DNA of 53,738 nucleotides, the filler included, from Squatina squatina (Eukaryota), in assembly GCA_031763465.1 (NCBI GenBank). It is 3 parts of 2 records of this genome, joined end to end, with 100 filler letters (N's around TTAATTAATTAA, not from the genome) between each part and the next. Parts side by side here need not be neighbours in the genome. Positions count along the whole stretch, not along the records: positions 32,780 to 53,738 come from JARFOE010000115.1; 2 more parts are not named here. One strand, given 5' to 3'. Numbering within the stretch: the first letter of the stretch is position 1; the number at the start of each line of letters is the position of its first letter. Below are positions 38,175 to 50,996 of this stretch, piece after piece. The notes below the pieces were generated by a model. That model made no database searches. It was not told the origin of the DNA and saw only the letters and a program-made list of their open reading frames with translations. A program made the translations under genes and the position numbers.

Positions 38175-38274
38175 NNNNNNNNNNNNNNNNNNNNNNNNNN
38201 NNNNNNNNNNNNNNNNNNNNNNNNNNNNNNNNNNNNNNNNNNNNNNNNNNNNNNNNNNNNNNNNNNNNNNNNNN

Positions 38275-38404
38275 GTTGGCCTTATATGTCTTGCAGAAAC
38301 CAGTGTAAACCACATGAAAGCACTAATTTATCTCAACCAGGATGTTTGGACTTGGAAGTTATAAAGATCACAGAGTCTGCAAAGAAGAGGAAAGAAGCTG
38401 TTAG
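38275..38404 (+). CDS. FAM161A: FAM161A large exon, 3' end (5' side cut by a gap)
   Basis: (R)WPYMSCRNQCKPHESTNLSQPGCLDLEVIKITESAKKRKEAV(R)|gtaaga; corresponds to the recalled FAM161A RWPYLS...REQAVR exon end. Confidence 0.7.
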
Positions 38405-40176
38405 GTAAGAACAATTTTCATCTTTGGAATGATGAATATAATCAAATGATTCATAAAATCAGGTGAAAGTGATCTATACTGCACTATTTTCTGAACGCAG
38501 CATTTTAGTGAAAAGCTTAAATCACACTGCAAAGCTATCTTACCCATTAGCCTTTAAAATGAAATCTCATCAGTTTATATACCATTTGGATCAGAATTTT
38601 ATGCATTAAGTCAGATAAATAACTTAAGGGAATTTCAAGTTAATTTGATATGGCAAAGAAAAGGCAAACATAAAAAGCATTCTGACGTTGCTGCAAGGAA
38701 ATGTCAGCACACTGAACATTAGGCTGTGCTCGCACACATCTACCCACAAGTATTACACTGGGGTCCTCATTTGAAAGTAGTATTGCAAAAAAAGTACAAA
38801 GGACATGATCCAAATGTAAAATTTGAGTTACATCATGGCCAAGTGTTCTACAGCATTAATTAGTTCAGAATACTTATTATTTTACATTGTGTTTGTCTCT
38901 CTCTCTCTCTCTCTCTCTCTTCCCACCTCTTTGGAATTACTCTTATGAACTTTCAGGTGTCTAATGCAATGTTAAATATTTAGGATTACCATAAAATTCC
39001 TGAGATAGTTGAAATAGCAAGAAATCCAAAGCCTGCCATAAAGATTTCTTAGTAACTTACTCAGATATAACATATGGTACAAAATAAAGTCCCTTTGTCT
39101 ACTGCAGTGTGTATTATAGATTACTGTTTCACCTTACAATTAGTGAGCTAATGATCCGAATAATGTAGTTGTGAAATTTGTCGGGACTTGTGACCATAGT
39201 GTGAGTACATTTAAGAGTATCTGGCAGTTGGTGCCAGTCACAACTAGAGCAAAAATATAGCACCAAATTTTGCTGTAGCAGNNNNNNNNNNNNNNNNNNN
39301 NNNNNNNNNNNNNNNNNNNNNNNNNNNNNNNNNNNNNNNNNNNNNNNNNNNNNNNNNNNNNNNNNNNNNNNNNNNNNNNNNACAAGTAATGAAATATCAA
39401 GTGGGAGTTTTTATTTGGATTTCCCTGCTCTGTATTAATGACCACTGAGCTTCCACCTCAGGTTGACAGATGTGGTTCCCGAGCTGTGTGATTCCAGTGG
39501 TCTTCAAGTGAAAATCAAAAGGTCTGGTTAAAATCTCTGTTAAGGGTCTTACAACAAGGATTTAATGAGCTTAATTAGGTCGCTGAACTCTGCCGTTCGG
39601 GTCCATGGCGCGCTGGCAAACACTCCCGAATTAAAAGCCTAAGGAGGCGGGATGACGGCATGTTCCCAATGCGCTCGCATTTTCTACAACTTTTACTGCC
39701 GACCTAACTCCAAACCCACACACACGGCAGCAGGAAAATTCCAGCCATTGTGTATTGTCCATGTCTTTATAAAACAGCAAATACTCTGCCTTTCTCTNNN
39801 NNNNNNNTGAGATATATGTATAAATAACATTCGCATTTGTATTACATTAAACCTTCAAAAATCAAAGTGTTATCTGTTTATCCCTTTAGTTAGGGGTCTA
39901 AGATAGCCTCAGACACATACTTACCCACTGCCTCTATCTATGTGGCTTGACAATCCATGACAGCAGGAGGTAGAGCGGTTCACACTGCAGATTAGGATAT
40001 TCTCCTGCTAAGCTTTCCTCCTCCCACTAAAGAGCACATCATTGGATTCTGAACTGGTTAAACTCATCCACTGAGAAACATTTAGGTTGGGAGTTTAGCT
40101 CCAGTTCCTCTAAATGGAATCCACTGGCCTAGTTCAAGAATCACCAGGCTACCCCAGTGTGGACTCTTCCACTAAC

Positions 40177-40333
40177 CTGATCTTTACCACCCAGTTTATG
40201 TGTGTTTTTCCCTGCACAGTTTACGATGGATCTTGCTCGGGTGGCAAACTGCGAAGTGCTGAGGCTTTCATGTACAGATGCAGAACTTGAAGAAACTGTC
40301 ACAATCAGGGAGGTCAGGCAATTTCCACCCAGG
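40177..40333 (-). CDS. Kinesin motor-domain exon (C-terminal part of the motor), subfamily unassigned
   Basis: ccctttcag|...CAG|gttagt, 157 nt; (S)LGGNCLTSLIVTVSSSSASVHESLSTSQFATRARSIVN fits the kinesin pattern SLGGN-x-T...E(T/S)LSTLxFAxRAxxIxN. Confidence 0.8.
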
Positions 40334-41094
40334 CTGAAAGGGGAATCATTTAAGTTAATTGAGCTATTGTATGAAGAGATTTGCATTTCACAGAACAATC
40401 AAGTTATCTGGATAAAAGCTGGATGTTTGCACAACTTACTATCACACCACATTCCATTCTCAGAGCATCCATTTTGCCATTGAATCCAGGATGCCAGAAT
40501 CAATGGCAGACAACAGTCTTTGAATTATCTCTTGCCAGTAGCTACATTTTATTTTAAACTTAAACTTAAATGCAAATCTACACAATCACNNNNNNNNNNN
40601 NNNNNNNNNNNNNNNNNNNNNNNNNNNNNNNNNNNNNNNNNNNNNNNNNNNNNNNNNNNNNNNNNNNNNNNNNNNNNNNNNNNNNNNNNTAATATTGGGC
40701 GGGGTGTAAAACCGGTGTCCCACCACATCCCGTGGGTTTCCCACCCAGCGATTTAGGTTAAAGTTACCCCAAGATTTCTGATCATAAGGAACATGATCTG
40801 CTCATGGGCCATTTGCCAGGCTGTTTGCACACAAACACCTATTGTAAAAAAAAAACTTGACCAACTTATATAATAGAAAAATATGAACAGTGTACTTGCC
40901 AGTTTTATAATCAACTGGAAAGCACAGCTGGGCATGTCAACTTTTGCGTTTTATCCCCCCATATTTCAATTATTAGTTTGCTCTGTCCACGTCTATGGTC
41001 AATTAAATAATGCGCAGTGCAACTCCTCCAAAGTTAAGTCCGGTCCACTCCACAGTGATGGACCCAGTCTGTAGCACACCGTCTGAATGCGATC

Positions 41095-41290
41095 GGATCT
41101 TTTTCTTCCAATCGGCAGGACGCAGGCAATATTCTTGGGAAAGGGTTGGGACGTCGCATGCGCACAAGGCTCATGCTGCGCGTGTTTGACAGAGCCTGTG
41201 CGTGGTGACGTACGGCGTGGCGTGGCGTAAGGCGGCGCGACTGGTCTGTTTGTGATACTGACGCCCTATCGGCAGAAAACTAAACCGAGA
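41095..41290 (+). promoter_or_regulatory. CpG-rich housekeeping-type promoter
   Basis: Local CpG enrichment in a CpG-poor background; CCAAT at 41108, NRF1-like CGCATGCGCA at 41155-41164, CRE-like TGACGTA at 41206-41212. Confidence 0.65.
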
Positions 41291-41433
41291 TGGAATCTCC
41301 CAGTCTGAACCGGTTACAACCGGTTACTAGTTTTGCCCGAGAAGCTTTCGAGGTTGATAGTACAGCACGGCCTGCTACAAAAACGGTCTCGAAAAATGAA
41401 TCGGAAGAGATAAAAAATCTTTCTGAAAAAAAA
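41290..41433 (+). CDS. Candidate first coding exon of an unidentified gene
   Basis: gagATGG start context, 48 codons (MESPSLNRLQPVTSFAREAFEVDSTARPATKTVSKNESEEIKNLSEKK), then |gtaaat; directly downstream of the promoter. Confidence 0.4.
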
Positions 41434-42602
41434 GTAAATTAAGCATTGGTCACGGCGGTTGTTTTCATTTTTGTTAAATTGTTATAATAACTCGCACAGT
41501 TTAACAAAATTTGCAGAGGAGAGGAGTGAGTGTTCCAAATTGTGGCCGATTAGCGCAAGTACTGTCTTGGCTTTTTTTTTGCTTTTTGAGGTTGGATCAA
41601 AAGAAGCAAAAAAAGGGAAGAGGCGACCTTGAAGTGTGTGCTTGTATTTTTTAAATTTATATTTCCGTTTATACTACCCTTACACGGATACCAACAATAA
41701 AAGATTAGTCAGTCCTCGTATTTATATTTTTTATTTTAACGCTTTGTTTTTTTTTAAATTGCGCGCGTTTAGACTAGAAAATATATTAAACCATTATATT
41801 TAGACATGGGTTGGTACTGTTTATGTGCAAGTTTATTCCTCAGGGCGCATGTTGTAAAACAATGTTATATTTATATTAAACATATCCCTCACAGCATTCC
41901 TTCCTTAAATGTTACAGCGTATTTTGTAATTGTTTAGCAGGCGAGAATTTTTTTTAGCTGTTATACATAAGCAACAAACTTAAACCGTGCAGTGGATTTT
42001 AAGCAATTGCAACCGGTTCAGTTTCCACATATTCAGGGAGGAAAAGGTACTCAGTTAACCGCAGGATAAGCTGAGATTTAAATATTTGTAATTTTCTATA
42101 GAGCCAGCATTGTTTGCAGTTAAGTGCTGCTTCTTTTACATGTTAATGCTAACCACTGCTTTCCCTGCAATTGTTCACGTGCAGTTCGTGCCCGATTCAT
42201 TCGCCAATCCGAATCCTGTGGTTTTGTTTCGAACTAGTCCGCATGCAGTTTCAATTTTAATATATTGGCAATATTGGTAGCTGCCACATAACAAAAAAAG
42301 AACACGTTCTGATTTGTAATTTCCCTCTTGCCGATAATTTTATACGATTGGAATCAAACAACTAGACACGGCTATATATTCTGACTGAAATTGGGGTAGC
42401 AAATTGGGGGAAGCCCAAATTTGAATAATGCTTGTGAATGTAAAATTATTAAAGACACAAGAAATGTACTTCTGTTGCCCTACGCTGTATAGAAGTGTAA
42501 AGGCTCGCGAAAATTGTTCGGGACTTCAGCTGAAACATTTGACGTTCAGAAGACAACTATAGTATCTACAAAAGGAGGAGGGGGGGAGGTGTTGAGGTAA
42601 GC

Positions 42603-42815
42603 TCGGGGACCGAACATTGGGTGGGACCTGGGGAAGGATCAGGGCGGGAGCATCGGGCGGTTGGTGGAGTGATGGGGAGGTGAGATCGGGGACCGATCAT
42701 TGGGTGAGGACACGGGGAAGGATTGGGGCCGGAGCATGGGCGGAGTGGGGGAACGGGGGAGGGGGGAATTGAAACCGGCGGTGGGCGGGATGGGGGAGTG
42801 TTGGGGTCGGGGTTC
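42603..42815 (+). repeat. G-rich tract with a ~58-bp direct repeat
   Basis: tcggggaccga.cattgggtg...ggggaaggat..ggg..ggagcat..ggcgg at 42603-42660 and 42686-42743. Confidence 0.7.
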
Positions 42816-45338
42816 AGTTTTTTAACACTTTTTGAATAAAAATAGATTTTTTTAGAAGAACTGTCTGCCTTTATTTTACAAATAGGAATTATTTATTAAG
42901 GAAACCCTGTTAAGTTTCCTTACCTTCCTTACTTTATGTTTTCCCTTTAGATCCATGCACACAACCCATCCCATTCCCCAACTGAGATGAAATGTGGACA
43001 ACCTGCTCCCTGGCCTCAGGCAGTGCCATTCTACAGTGACCTGCACTCTCTCACCCTCCCATTNNNNNNNNNNNNNNNNNNNNNNNNNNNNNNNNNNNNN
43101 NNNNNNNNNNNNNNNNNNNNNNNNNNNNNNNNNNNNNNNNNNNNNNNNNNNNNNNNNNNNNNNCTCCCGACCTCGGCACCGCGAAATTTAAGTGCTGAAA
43201 TAAAAATCCCCAGCTGCGCCCGCACTCACCTCTCTCCTCCGAGTCCGGGGCTCAAAAAATCTGACTTAGATTTTTTTTTTAAAGAGTTCCCTGTGTATGC
43301 AAATCTTTCAATTGACTTGAGGGAATGCAAGTTAAAGGACTTGGATGTAAAGTAGTGGAGAATCTAAAAGTTTGTGAGCAATTGAAAGTCAAATGACAGT
43401 TCCTTATGTAAAATAAATATTGGTACAGATACATAATGTTGCAGGGAGAAATTATGGTTTGGTGTCTTTATCAGAATGTTAAATCTGCACTATATGCAAT
43501 AAAGTTGACTTAGGTTTTAGACTTTTAGAGTCATTTTCTCTCACCCCATCCCAAATGGGGGATCATTTTGCAGCCTATTTTCTTAGTCTCGTAATATTTT
43601 TGTATTGACTCAATTTTGTGCCTTACTTAATTTAAAGTGTGTACATTTGCCAACATTTTTTTCCAGTTTACTCCTTTTCCTGAAGATGTTGACTCGTACT
43701 GTGGGTACTGTTACACAGCGCTGGGCATCCTCTGGTATCTTGCCCAAGTGGCTACTGTTCAGTGCCAGTCTAGACAGTGAGTGTTGGCAGGCTATTTCAC
43801 TGTGGGGTATCACATCTGAGCCCAGTCCTGTCCTTGCCTGACATCCACACTGTACTTTCCTGTAGGAATCACTGCATAGTGACGGGAGTGGAAATCCTCT
43901 CGTCTTTTTTCGTCTTTCCTCTTTCTCCCCCATAATATCTTGGGATGCTGGGCAAATTGTAAATCAGGGGAGTCATATTAAACTTGTATAGAACCTTGCT
44001 ACTACCTCATCTGAAATCAACTAACAGCGCTGGGACTGTCCTGTTTGTGTGGCTTAGTTCCATAGAATTTTCCTTTTTTATCAAAGATTTCTTAATTTCA
44101 TTTTGAGGTGTACTTCACCAAGTTCTCAGCATGATGCAGCCTCCTGTTAGGTGGCAGGAATATAAACATGGCCTCACGACAAGCAGATGATAATTAGTTC
44201 AGTGGTATCAGTTTTTTAATAAATAATCCCACTTACTGCCTCTCTAGATACAACGTGCAGAACTGGACTCCCTGTAAACCGCTGTGATTCTAGGCTGTAA
44301 CAGTAACAAGAAAACATTTTCAAATCCCAGCCATGGTTGCACTATAACCAGTGATGACTGAGTGGGATAGTGAGATTGCTTCCACTTACCTCAGTGTTCC
44401 TTTCCTCTTCAGATATTCTACTCGAAACTTCCACCGTCTCCCATGGGTCTTCGCAGTCTGTACACAGAGAGGAGATAAATTGCCACAGGGTCAAAAGGAA
44501 AGGCTTGCCCAGTCTAGTACAGTACATAATGTTGCTAGATGTTTATTCGCTGAACAGTTCATGTGTGTTATACTTTCACTTGGATTACTGACTTTGCCGG
44601 GGAGTAAAATGGATGGNNNNNNNNNNTTGTCTGTATGGACTCCACAGTCCTACAAAATCACATACCATCAGCTTTCCAAACAACTTCTCCCAGTTCAAGA
44701 TTTGGCGTTCCCGAGCAACCCATCTGGCCTAAAACAAACAGAGTACATTGTAAGACTACCGAAAACGGAATTGAGGAACAGAATAATAATCACTGTGTCA
44801 GGGCAGACTGGGTCCCCAACAGGACGCAGGATTCTTTGTATTCTCACGGAAAATGTGCGCACCAATAATAAAGGATGATGGAACCATACGGGGGGCACTC
44901 AGGATTCACGGTTTTCCATATGGCCAGTCCGCTGCTGCTGACAGTGCCAGTATCTGACTGACGATGGCCATTGTTAAATTACCTTCCTTTCATCTCTGGG
45001 TCCTTGGCTCAAATGCAGCCATTAAAGAACATAGAACATAGAACATAGAAAATACAGCACATAACAGGCCCTTCGGCCCNNNNNNNNNNNNNNNNNNNNN
45101 NNNNNNNNNNNNNNNNNNNNNNNNNNNNNNNNNNNNNNNNNNNNNNNNNNNNNNNNNNNNNNNNNNNNNNNNNNNNNNNATGGATGAAGATAAATACCGA
45201 AATTTAGTTAAGCTGTAATTATAAACAAGTGCATGATATCGTGTTAATAGGATTCTGTTCCATTTGGATAGTCTTGTAGTTGTTTTATTTTGATAACTAA
45301 TGGAGTTCAGACTTTGCTTTTCCTTTTTTTCTTTTAAG

Positions 45339-45496
45339 ATCCCGTTTAACCTCCGATGCTGAGAAGGAATCTATTGCAATGTTTGGGAGAAACCTTCGCC
45401 AGCTTCTTTTGATTAATCCTGTTCGTGGCCGAGTTCTGATGGGGATTGATCCTGGTTTTAGGCATGGCTGTAAACTGTCAATCATTTCACCTACAA
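45339..45496 (+). CDS. SRBD1: SRBD1 (S1 RNA-binding domain 1, Tex-like) internal exon
   Basis: tttaag|...|gtacgt; [52 protein letters not shown], with the Tex/YqgF-type DPG-x-x-x-GCK motif. Confidence 0.92.
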
Positions 45497-46530
45497 GTAC
45501 GTTCAAAACTTTCTCTCTTCCCTTTGCTTTGGAGGGAGTATGTGCACTTTTTACACTGTTTAGCATTAACATTTTATTTCCAATCTAAGGGTGCACAATG
45601 GCGCAGTGTGACTCCCTTCAGTGTACTGTGCCGTGGGGTTGTCGGACATGATTTGCATCTGTAATTGATCACACACTGTGTTTGGATCTTTACTGTCATG
45701 ATATGAACGTATCGAGTGGAGACCAGCTGCACTACATCACCACACTCACTGAAATCAATTAACTTAGCAGACTGTAGATGGGGACCTTGAAAAGAACATT
45801 TTGTTTACTAGCTCAACCACTGGTAGATCCCAATTTATTTGTAAAACTGTTTTAAGTAGACATTGTAAAAATACTTAGTGGGGAAAAGGCATTCTGTTGC
45901 GTGTAGGAAAACTTCCCATTCTTAATGAACAGTATCTGGTGGCCAGAAGTGACCGAATGATATTGTAGTTTAAGTGGAAGAATTCTTGACTGGAAACCTT
46001 CTGGTCAGTAGTCAAAGTTTCCAAGGCAGCTTGTCCTGAACTTGATTCCATGTTGTGTTTAATCTAGTGTGTGTTTAAAGTACTGTGAGAAGAGAAAATC
46101 CTTTTTCTTGTTTCCTATCTGCTGCCTCCTGTTTGATCATAGAGTTGCATTCAAAATAANNNNNNNNNNNNNNNNNNNNNNNNNNNNNNNNNNNNNNNNN
46201 NNNNNNNNNNNNNNNNNNNNNNNNNNNNNNNNNNNNNNNNNNNNNNNNNNNNNNNNNNNAAATAAATTTGTTGCATTTAACAAGATGGTGACTCTTGTAC
46301 TGATGCAGCCTGCAAGGGCAATGAGGACTGGCTGCATTTTGATTTGAAGTTTGGTATTGTTGCTATCGTGGCTACGTTCATGTTTGCAATGAGATTATAT
46401 ATTGATATTTTTTTCTTTTATGGATTTTTAGTTGATGACTACCACTGAAATGTTCCAATCAAACATGTTTTAACTTTTTTTCTTTTTAATTTATTTAGGA
46501 ATTACAGCAAGTTTTTTCTTGCAGTAATCT

Positions 46531-46656
46531 ATGCCAGCCATAATGACAATTTTAGCAGACCATGCAGCTCGCCAGCTGCTGGACTTTACTCAGAAGCTTG
46601 ACATAAACCTTCTGGACAATGTGGTGAATTGCCTGTACCACGGAGAAGGGGCACAG
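46531..46656 (+). CDS. XPO1: Exportin-1 first coding exon
   Basis: MPAIMTILADHAARQLLDFTQKLDINLLDNVVNCLYHGEGAQ|gtaac. Not in the ORF track. Confidence 0.97.
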
Positions 46657-46689
46657 GTAACAATTAGACATTCAGTTCAAATCGAGAAG

Positions 46690-48430
46690 CAATACAGCTG
46701 ATTTATCAGTTTAAATGGATTGCATTCGCACGTATTAAAAGTTAGGGAAGAGATAGGAGATATACTATTGAATAGTTCGAGAGGGCTGGTGGATAGCTAA
46801 TGTTCCTATATTTAAAAAGGAGATAAAACGGGTACTGGGAATTATTGACCAGTTATGTTAACGTCGGTTGTAAGGAAAATAATGCAATCTTTCCTCAACT
46901 ATGTAATAGAAAAACATCTAGACCTGAGTTTTGCAGTAGAAATAATGGTGAGGTTATTAGCACTCACCATTATTAAGGAATAAATCTGACAACAACTTCT
47001 GACATTGGCACATGCGTAGTTAAACACAGAAATCTAACTTGCACTTCCTAGTTTAGACTGAGTCTCATTAAGGATTCTCAATCTGGTTAAGGAGACACAT
47101 CATTGTTTGCCCTGTTCACAGGTCCCAGATCCCCTGTTGTGGGTGCCGCTCTGTTTTGGCTCTCCCATTATTGCAAGTCGCAGTGCAAAATGTAAGTGTA
47201 ATGAACGGCTTGCACTGTCCGTTTGCCGCTGACTGCAAAGTCTGGGCCCTAGAGAATATAATAGAGTAGTCAGCATGGATTTCAAAAGAGAATGTTATGC
47301 TTGACCAACCGAATGAATTCTTTGAAGAAGTAACAGAGTAGACCACGGTGGTGCAGTAGATGTAATATATTTGGATTTTCAAAAGGTCTTTGATAAAGGT
47401 AGTAGACTCATGACTAAGGTCAGAGCATGTGGAGTCAGAGGACAGGTAACAGAATGGATAGTAAGCGGGCTATTAAACAGAGTAGTGGGTTAAGGGTAGT
47501 TACTTAGACTGGCAAAAGGTGGGAAGTGGTATTACACAGACATCAGTGCTGGGAGCACTGTTGTTCACAATTTATATCAACGATTTGGCCTCTGGAATTG
47601 GAAGTACAACTTCGAAATGTGTAGATAACACCAAATTGGGGGTTGTAGTTAATACAAAGGAAAATTGCAACAAAGTATAAGATGATAAACTTGCAGAATG
47701 GGGCTTTAATTGGCAAATTAATTTCAATATTGACAAGTGTGAGATGGCGTATTTTGGTAGGAAGACTAAAAGGAGGCCATGTACTGCTTGGGTAATGAGT
47801 CTAAATGGGGTAGAGGAGCAATGAGATATGGGGGTACAGATACACAAATCATGAAAAGTAGTGACACAGGTTAATAAGGCCACTTTTTAAAAAAAAGAGC
47901 AAACCAAGCACTTGGGTTCATTTTCTAGAGGGATAGAATTGTCATAGAGAAGACATATTAAACTCGTATAGCACCATTGGACTACACTTGGAGCGATGTT
48001 CCCTGTAATTCTTTTTGGCCACATGGCCCCTTTAACAGCTGTGTGGCCCATTCAGAATTCTGCGCATGCTCAGTTTTTTCAATTTAAGTTGATGCAAATA
48101 TCATAAATGCATTTAAGGGGAAGCTTGATAAGCTCATGAGGGAGAAAGGAATAGAAGGGTATGCTGATGGTGTTAGATGAAGAGGGGTAGTGGAGGCTGA
48201 GTCTTTGAGTATATTTAAGGCTGAGATAGATAGATTTTTAATCAGGAAGGGAGTTAAGGGGAAAGGGCAGGAAAGTGGACTTGAGGAATGCCAGATCAGC
48301 CATGATCTTGTTGAATGGCGGAGCAGGCTCGAGTGGCCCGCTCCTGTTCCTATTTCTTATGGCCTAAGGCTTGTGGAGCATAATTGCTGGCATAGACCAG
48401 TTGGCCAGTATATCTGTTTCTGTGCTGTAC
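46690..48430 (+). mobile_element. Fragmented CR1 LINE ORF2 (RT) remnants with nested insertions, in an XPO1 intron
   Basis: Decayed PIFKK, SQHGF, EFFEEVT, VDVIYLDFQKVFDK and LLFTIYINDL motifs, plus CR1 3' ends; interrupted at about 46920-47250 and 47995-48080. Confidence 0.85.
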
Positions 48431-50526
48431 ATTCTCTAATAACAGTTCAGGGTTTATAATTGTTTGTAGCGGTCAGATTGTGGAGTGACTATCAATTTAG
48501 TTACAAATTAAGTGTGATGGTAGGAGGTTGTAACTCACAATGCACTGATGAATTTGTAGCTGTTTCTATTCATTTCGGTCACCTTCAGTTCTCTCGTTTT
48601 AATGTTCCTTTTCTTGTGTTCTATTCTCTATTTTTCCAAACTAGATTTCCTCAACATTGACTTTGATTGGTCGGAAGCTCTTGTCTGGCTCATTTTGTCA
48701 TTCTCCTCACTCTCTTTTATTTCCCTAGTAAAGTAAGAAAGGCAATAAGTAACAATGGGGGAGAAATTCAGCTGCTTAGCACCTCTCGTAGCACCTTTTG
48801 GGGGGGTGGGGCGCTAACAGGGAGCTCAGGAAGTAGTGCCGCGGTGGGGCAAATCCCGTGCTGCACATCACATCCGTCAGCCCCATAGCGCCGGCGATAA
48901 CAGTTAGCGTCTCGACACCTTTCACCATGCAGATCGTGATGTCAGCAGCAACGCTTGTTGGNNNNNNNNNNNNNNNNNNNNNNNNNNNNNNNNNNNNNNN
49001 NNNNNNNNNNNNNNNNNNNNNNNNNNNNNNNNNNNNNNNNNNNNNNNNNNNNNNNNNNNNNTTTGTATCTTGAAATTAACAAAATTCTGGAGGTATATAC
49101 AAGGACAAGGGTATTCATTGTTGTTTTGCATCCTCCACGTTCATGGATGTAGGTGTAAGCCTAGGTTGCAAATTGAGCACAACCTGATATTTTTGATCAT
49201 GTTGACCCTTCTTGTGCTCTATACCAAGATATCTCCAAGAATTTTTTTGTTTTGCCATCTAGTTTTTTTTTGTTTGGGTGGGCGGCAGGAAGTTTCTATT
49301 TTACAACTGTTGGGATTTAAGTTCTGTACTGAATGTAATCACCCGTTCCTGGTGGTTGTATTCCCTATTCAATCTTTTCATGGTGCAAAATGGAGTTGGG
49401 CACCTCTTCCCACATCAGATTTAACTTTGTGCCAAAATGTACAAACAAATCCCACAAACCAGCTCAATTGGTGATTGGAGACTCACTAATCCTGACTTTC
49501 CTTTACAAGCTGAAGATAATTTTGCGTGAGCAGCAGGTTATCTCTCCTACTCTGACTTGACTTTATAGGTTTAAATGGGGACCCTGGCCATTAAAGCAAG
49601 AGTGGATGTTGCACAAAAGCCAAGATAATTGGCTATATGTGTTGACCTTTTCAGTACTGATTGTCAATACACCTTCCTGTCTCTTAAGTACCTCAAATGT
49701 GATAATTGAATTTTTTTTGTCAAAAACACTGCACTGGCTGGTACTAGCAAATAAACGCATTGCTTTAAATGGTGGAACAGATAGCAGTTATTACCAGGTG
49801 CTGATTGAGTGGAGGTATTTCTGAGTACAAAGAACTCTTTATTAAAAAAAAACCCACTAAATTGGTTGCAAATGTCTAAATGAGATTGAACCTGGCTTCT
49901 ACCTAGCTTTGAGATGGAGATCCCAGCAGAGGGCAAGCAGAACATAAATTGGTCCAAACTTTGCATGGGACAGTTACGGTTTTCAAGTTTCTGTTAATGG
50001 GGATTCTACGCTTCTAGACATGCAACACTAATCAGATTTCTAATCTAAGGAAGGTAGGTCCTTTTTTTGGTCTGGATGTGCTTCAGGTTGGTCAGTGGTA
50101 TCAGAATTTTTGCACCCTTTTGCCTTAATTTTGGCTCACGTAGACCAGCTGTAGCAACTGATGGAGAAAAATGTTAGCTATTTCAAGCTTTTTTAAGATC
50201 TATGGTTTTGCTCAAAGTATGTAACTGTTTATGGTTATTTACACAGATACTCAAACAGGAATGGCCAAAACACTGGCCCACATTCATCAGTGACATTGTA
50301 GGTGCAAGTAGAACCAGCTAGAGCTTGTGTCAGAATAACATGATTATTCTTAAGTTGCTGAGTGAGGAGGTGTTTGATTTCTCCAGTGGGCAGATGACCC
50401 AAGTTAAAGCAAAACATCTGAAGGACAGGTATAACTTGGAAATTGTATTTTACTCGTTAATTTTTGATTTAGGAGTTTAAAAAAAAATTCCAGGTACTTG
50501 ATTAGTGACTTCTTCTTTCTTTGCAG

Positions 50527-50575
50527 CATGTGCAATGAATTCTCTCAGATATTCCAGCTGTGCCAATTTGTCATG
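50527..50575 (+). CDS. XPO1: XPO1 internal exon
   Basis: ttgcag|(S)MCNEFSQIFQLCQFVM|gtaaat, 49 nt. Confidence 0.95.
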
Positions 50576-50656
50576 GTAAATAACAAATTTGTCCTTTTTT
50601 AAAAGTCTTTTTTTCATTTAATTCAGGCAAATCACTTGAGGTTTTTTTGGTTGCAG

Positions 50657-50776
50657 GAAAATTCTCAAAATGCACCTCTTGTTCAGGCAACCCTGGAAAC
50701 ATTGCTGAGATTCTTAAACTGGATTCCGCTTGGATATATCTTTGAAACAAAACTAATTAGCACACTGATCTATAAG
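50657..50776 (+). CDS. XPO1: XPO1 internal exon
   Basis: ttgcag|ENSQNAPLVQATLETLLRFLNWIPLGYIFETKLISTLIYK|gtatgc; follows an 81-nt intron. Confidence 0.96.
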
Positions 50777-50867
50777 GTATGCGCATCCTTTTATATTCAG
50801 GTTCTGCAAAAGATTCTTAAATGAGAAATTGTAGGCATAACTAAATAACATGTTTCTTTTTTTTAAG

Positions 50868-50996
50868 TTTCTGAATGTACCCATGTTCAGAAATGTGACT
50901 CTGAAGTGCCTGACAGAGATAGCTGGGGTGAGCGTCAGCCAGTATGAAGAACAGTTTGTTACTCTCTTTACACTAACAATGGTACAACTGAAACAG
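50868..50996 (+). CDS. XPO1: XPO1 internal exon
   Basis: tttaag|FLNVPMFRNVTLKCLTEIAGVSVSQYEEQFVTLFTLTMVQLKQ|gtattt; follows a 91-nt intron. Confidence 0.96.

Noticed and set aside
44351-44878. 175-aa ORF or exon after ttcctcttcag at 44412; RFGVPEQ integrase-like word
   Set aside because: It crosses a 10-N gap, no frame gives a recognisable protein, and the motif is too short to support a call.
49510-49536. 27-nt poison micro-exon in an XPO1 intron
   Set aside because: The branch point and acceptor are plausible but the donor (gttatc) is weak; within chance expectation.
49921-49940. CTCF-like motif ccagcagagggca (similar words near 3700 and 31930)
   Set aside because: Short motif matches are expected by chance in 54 kb and there is no supporting data.
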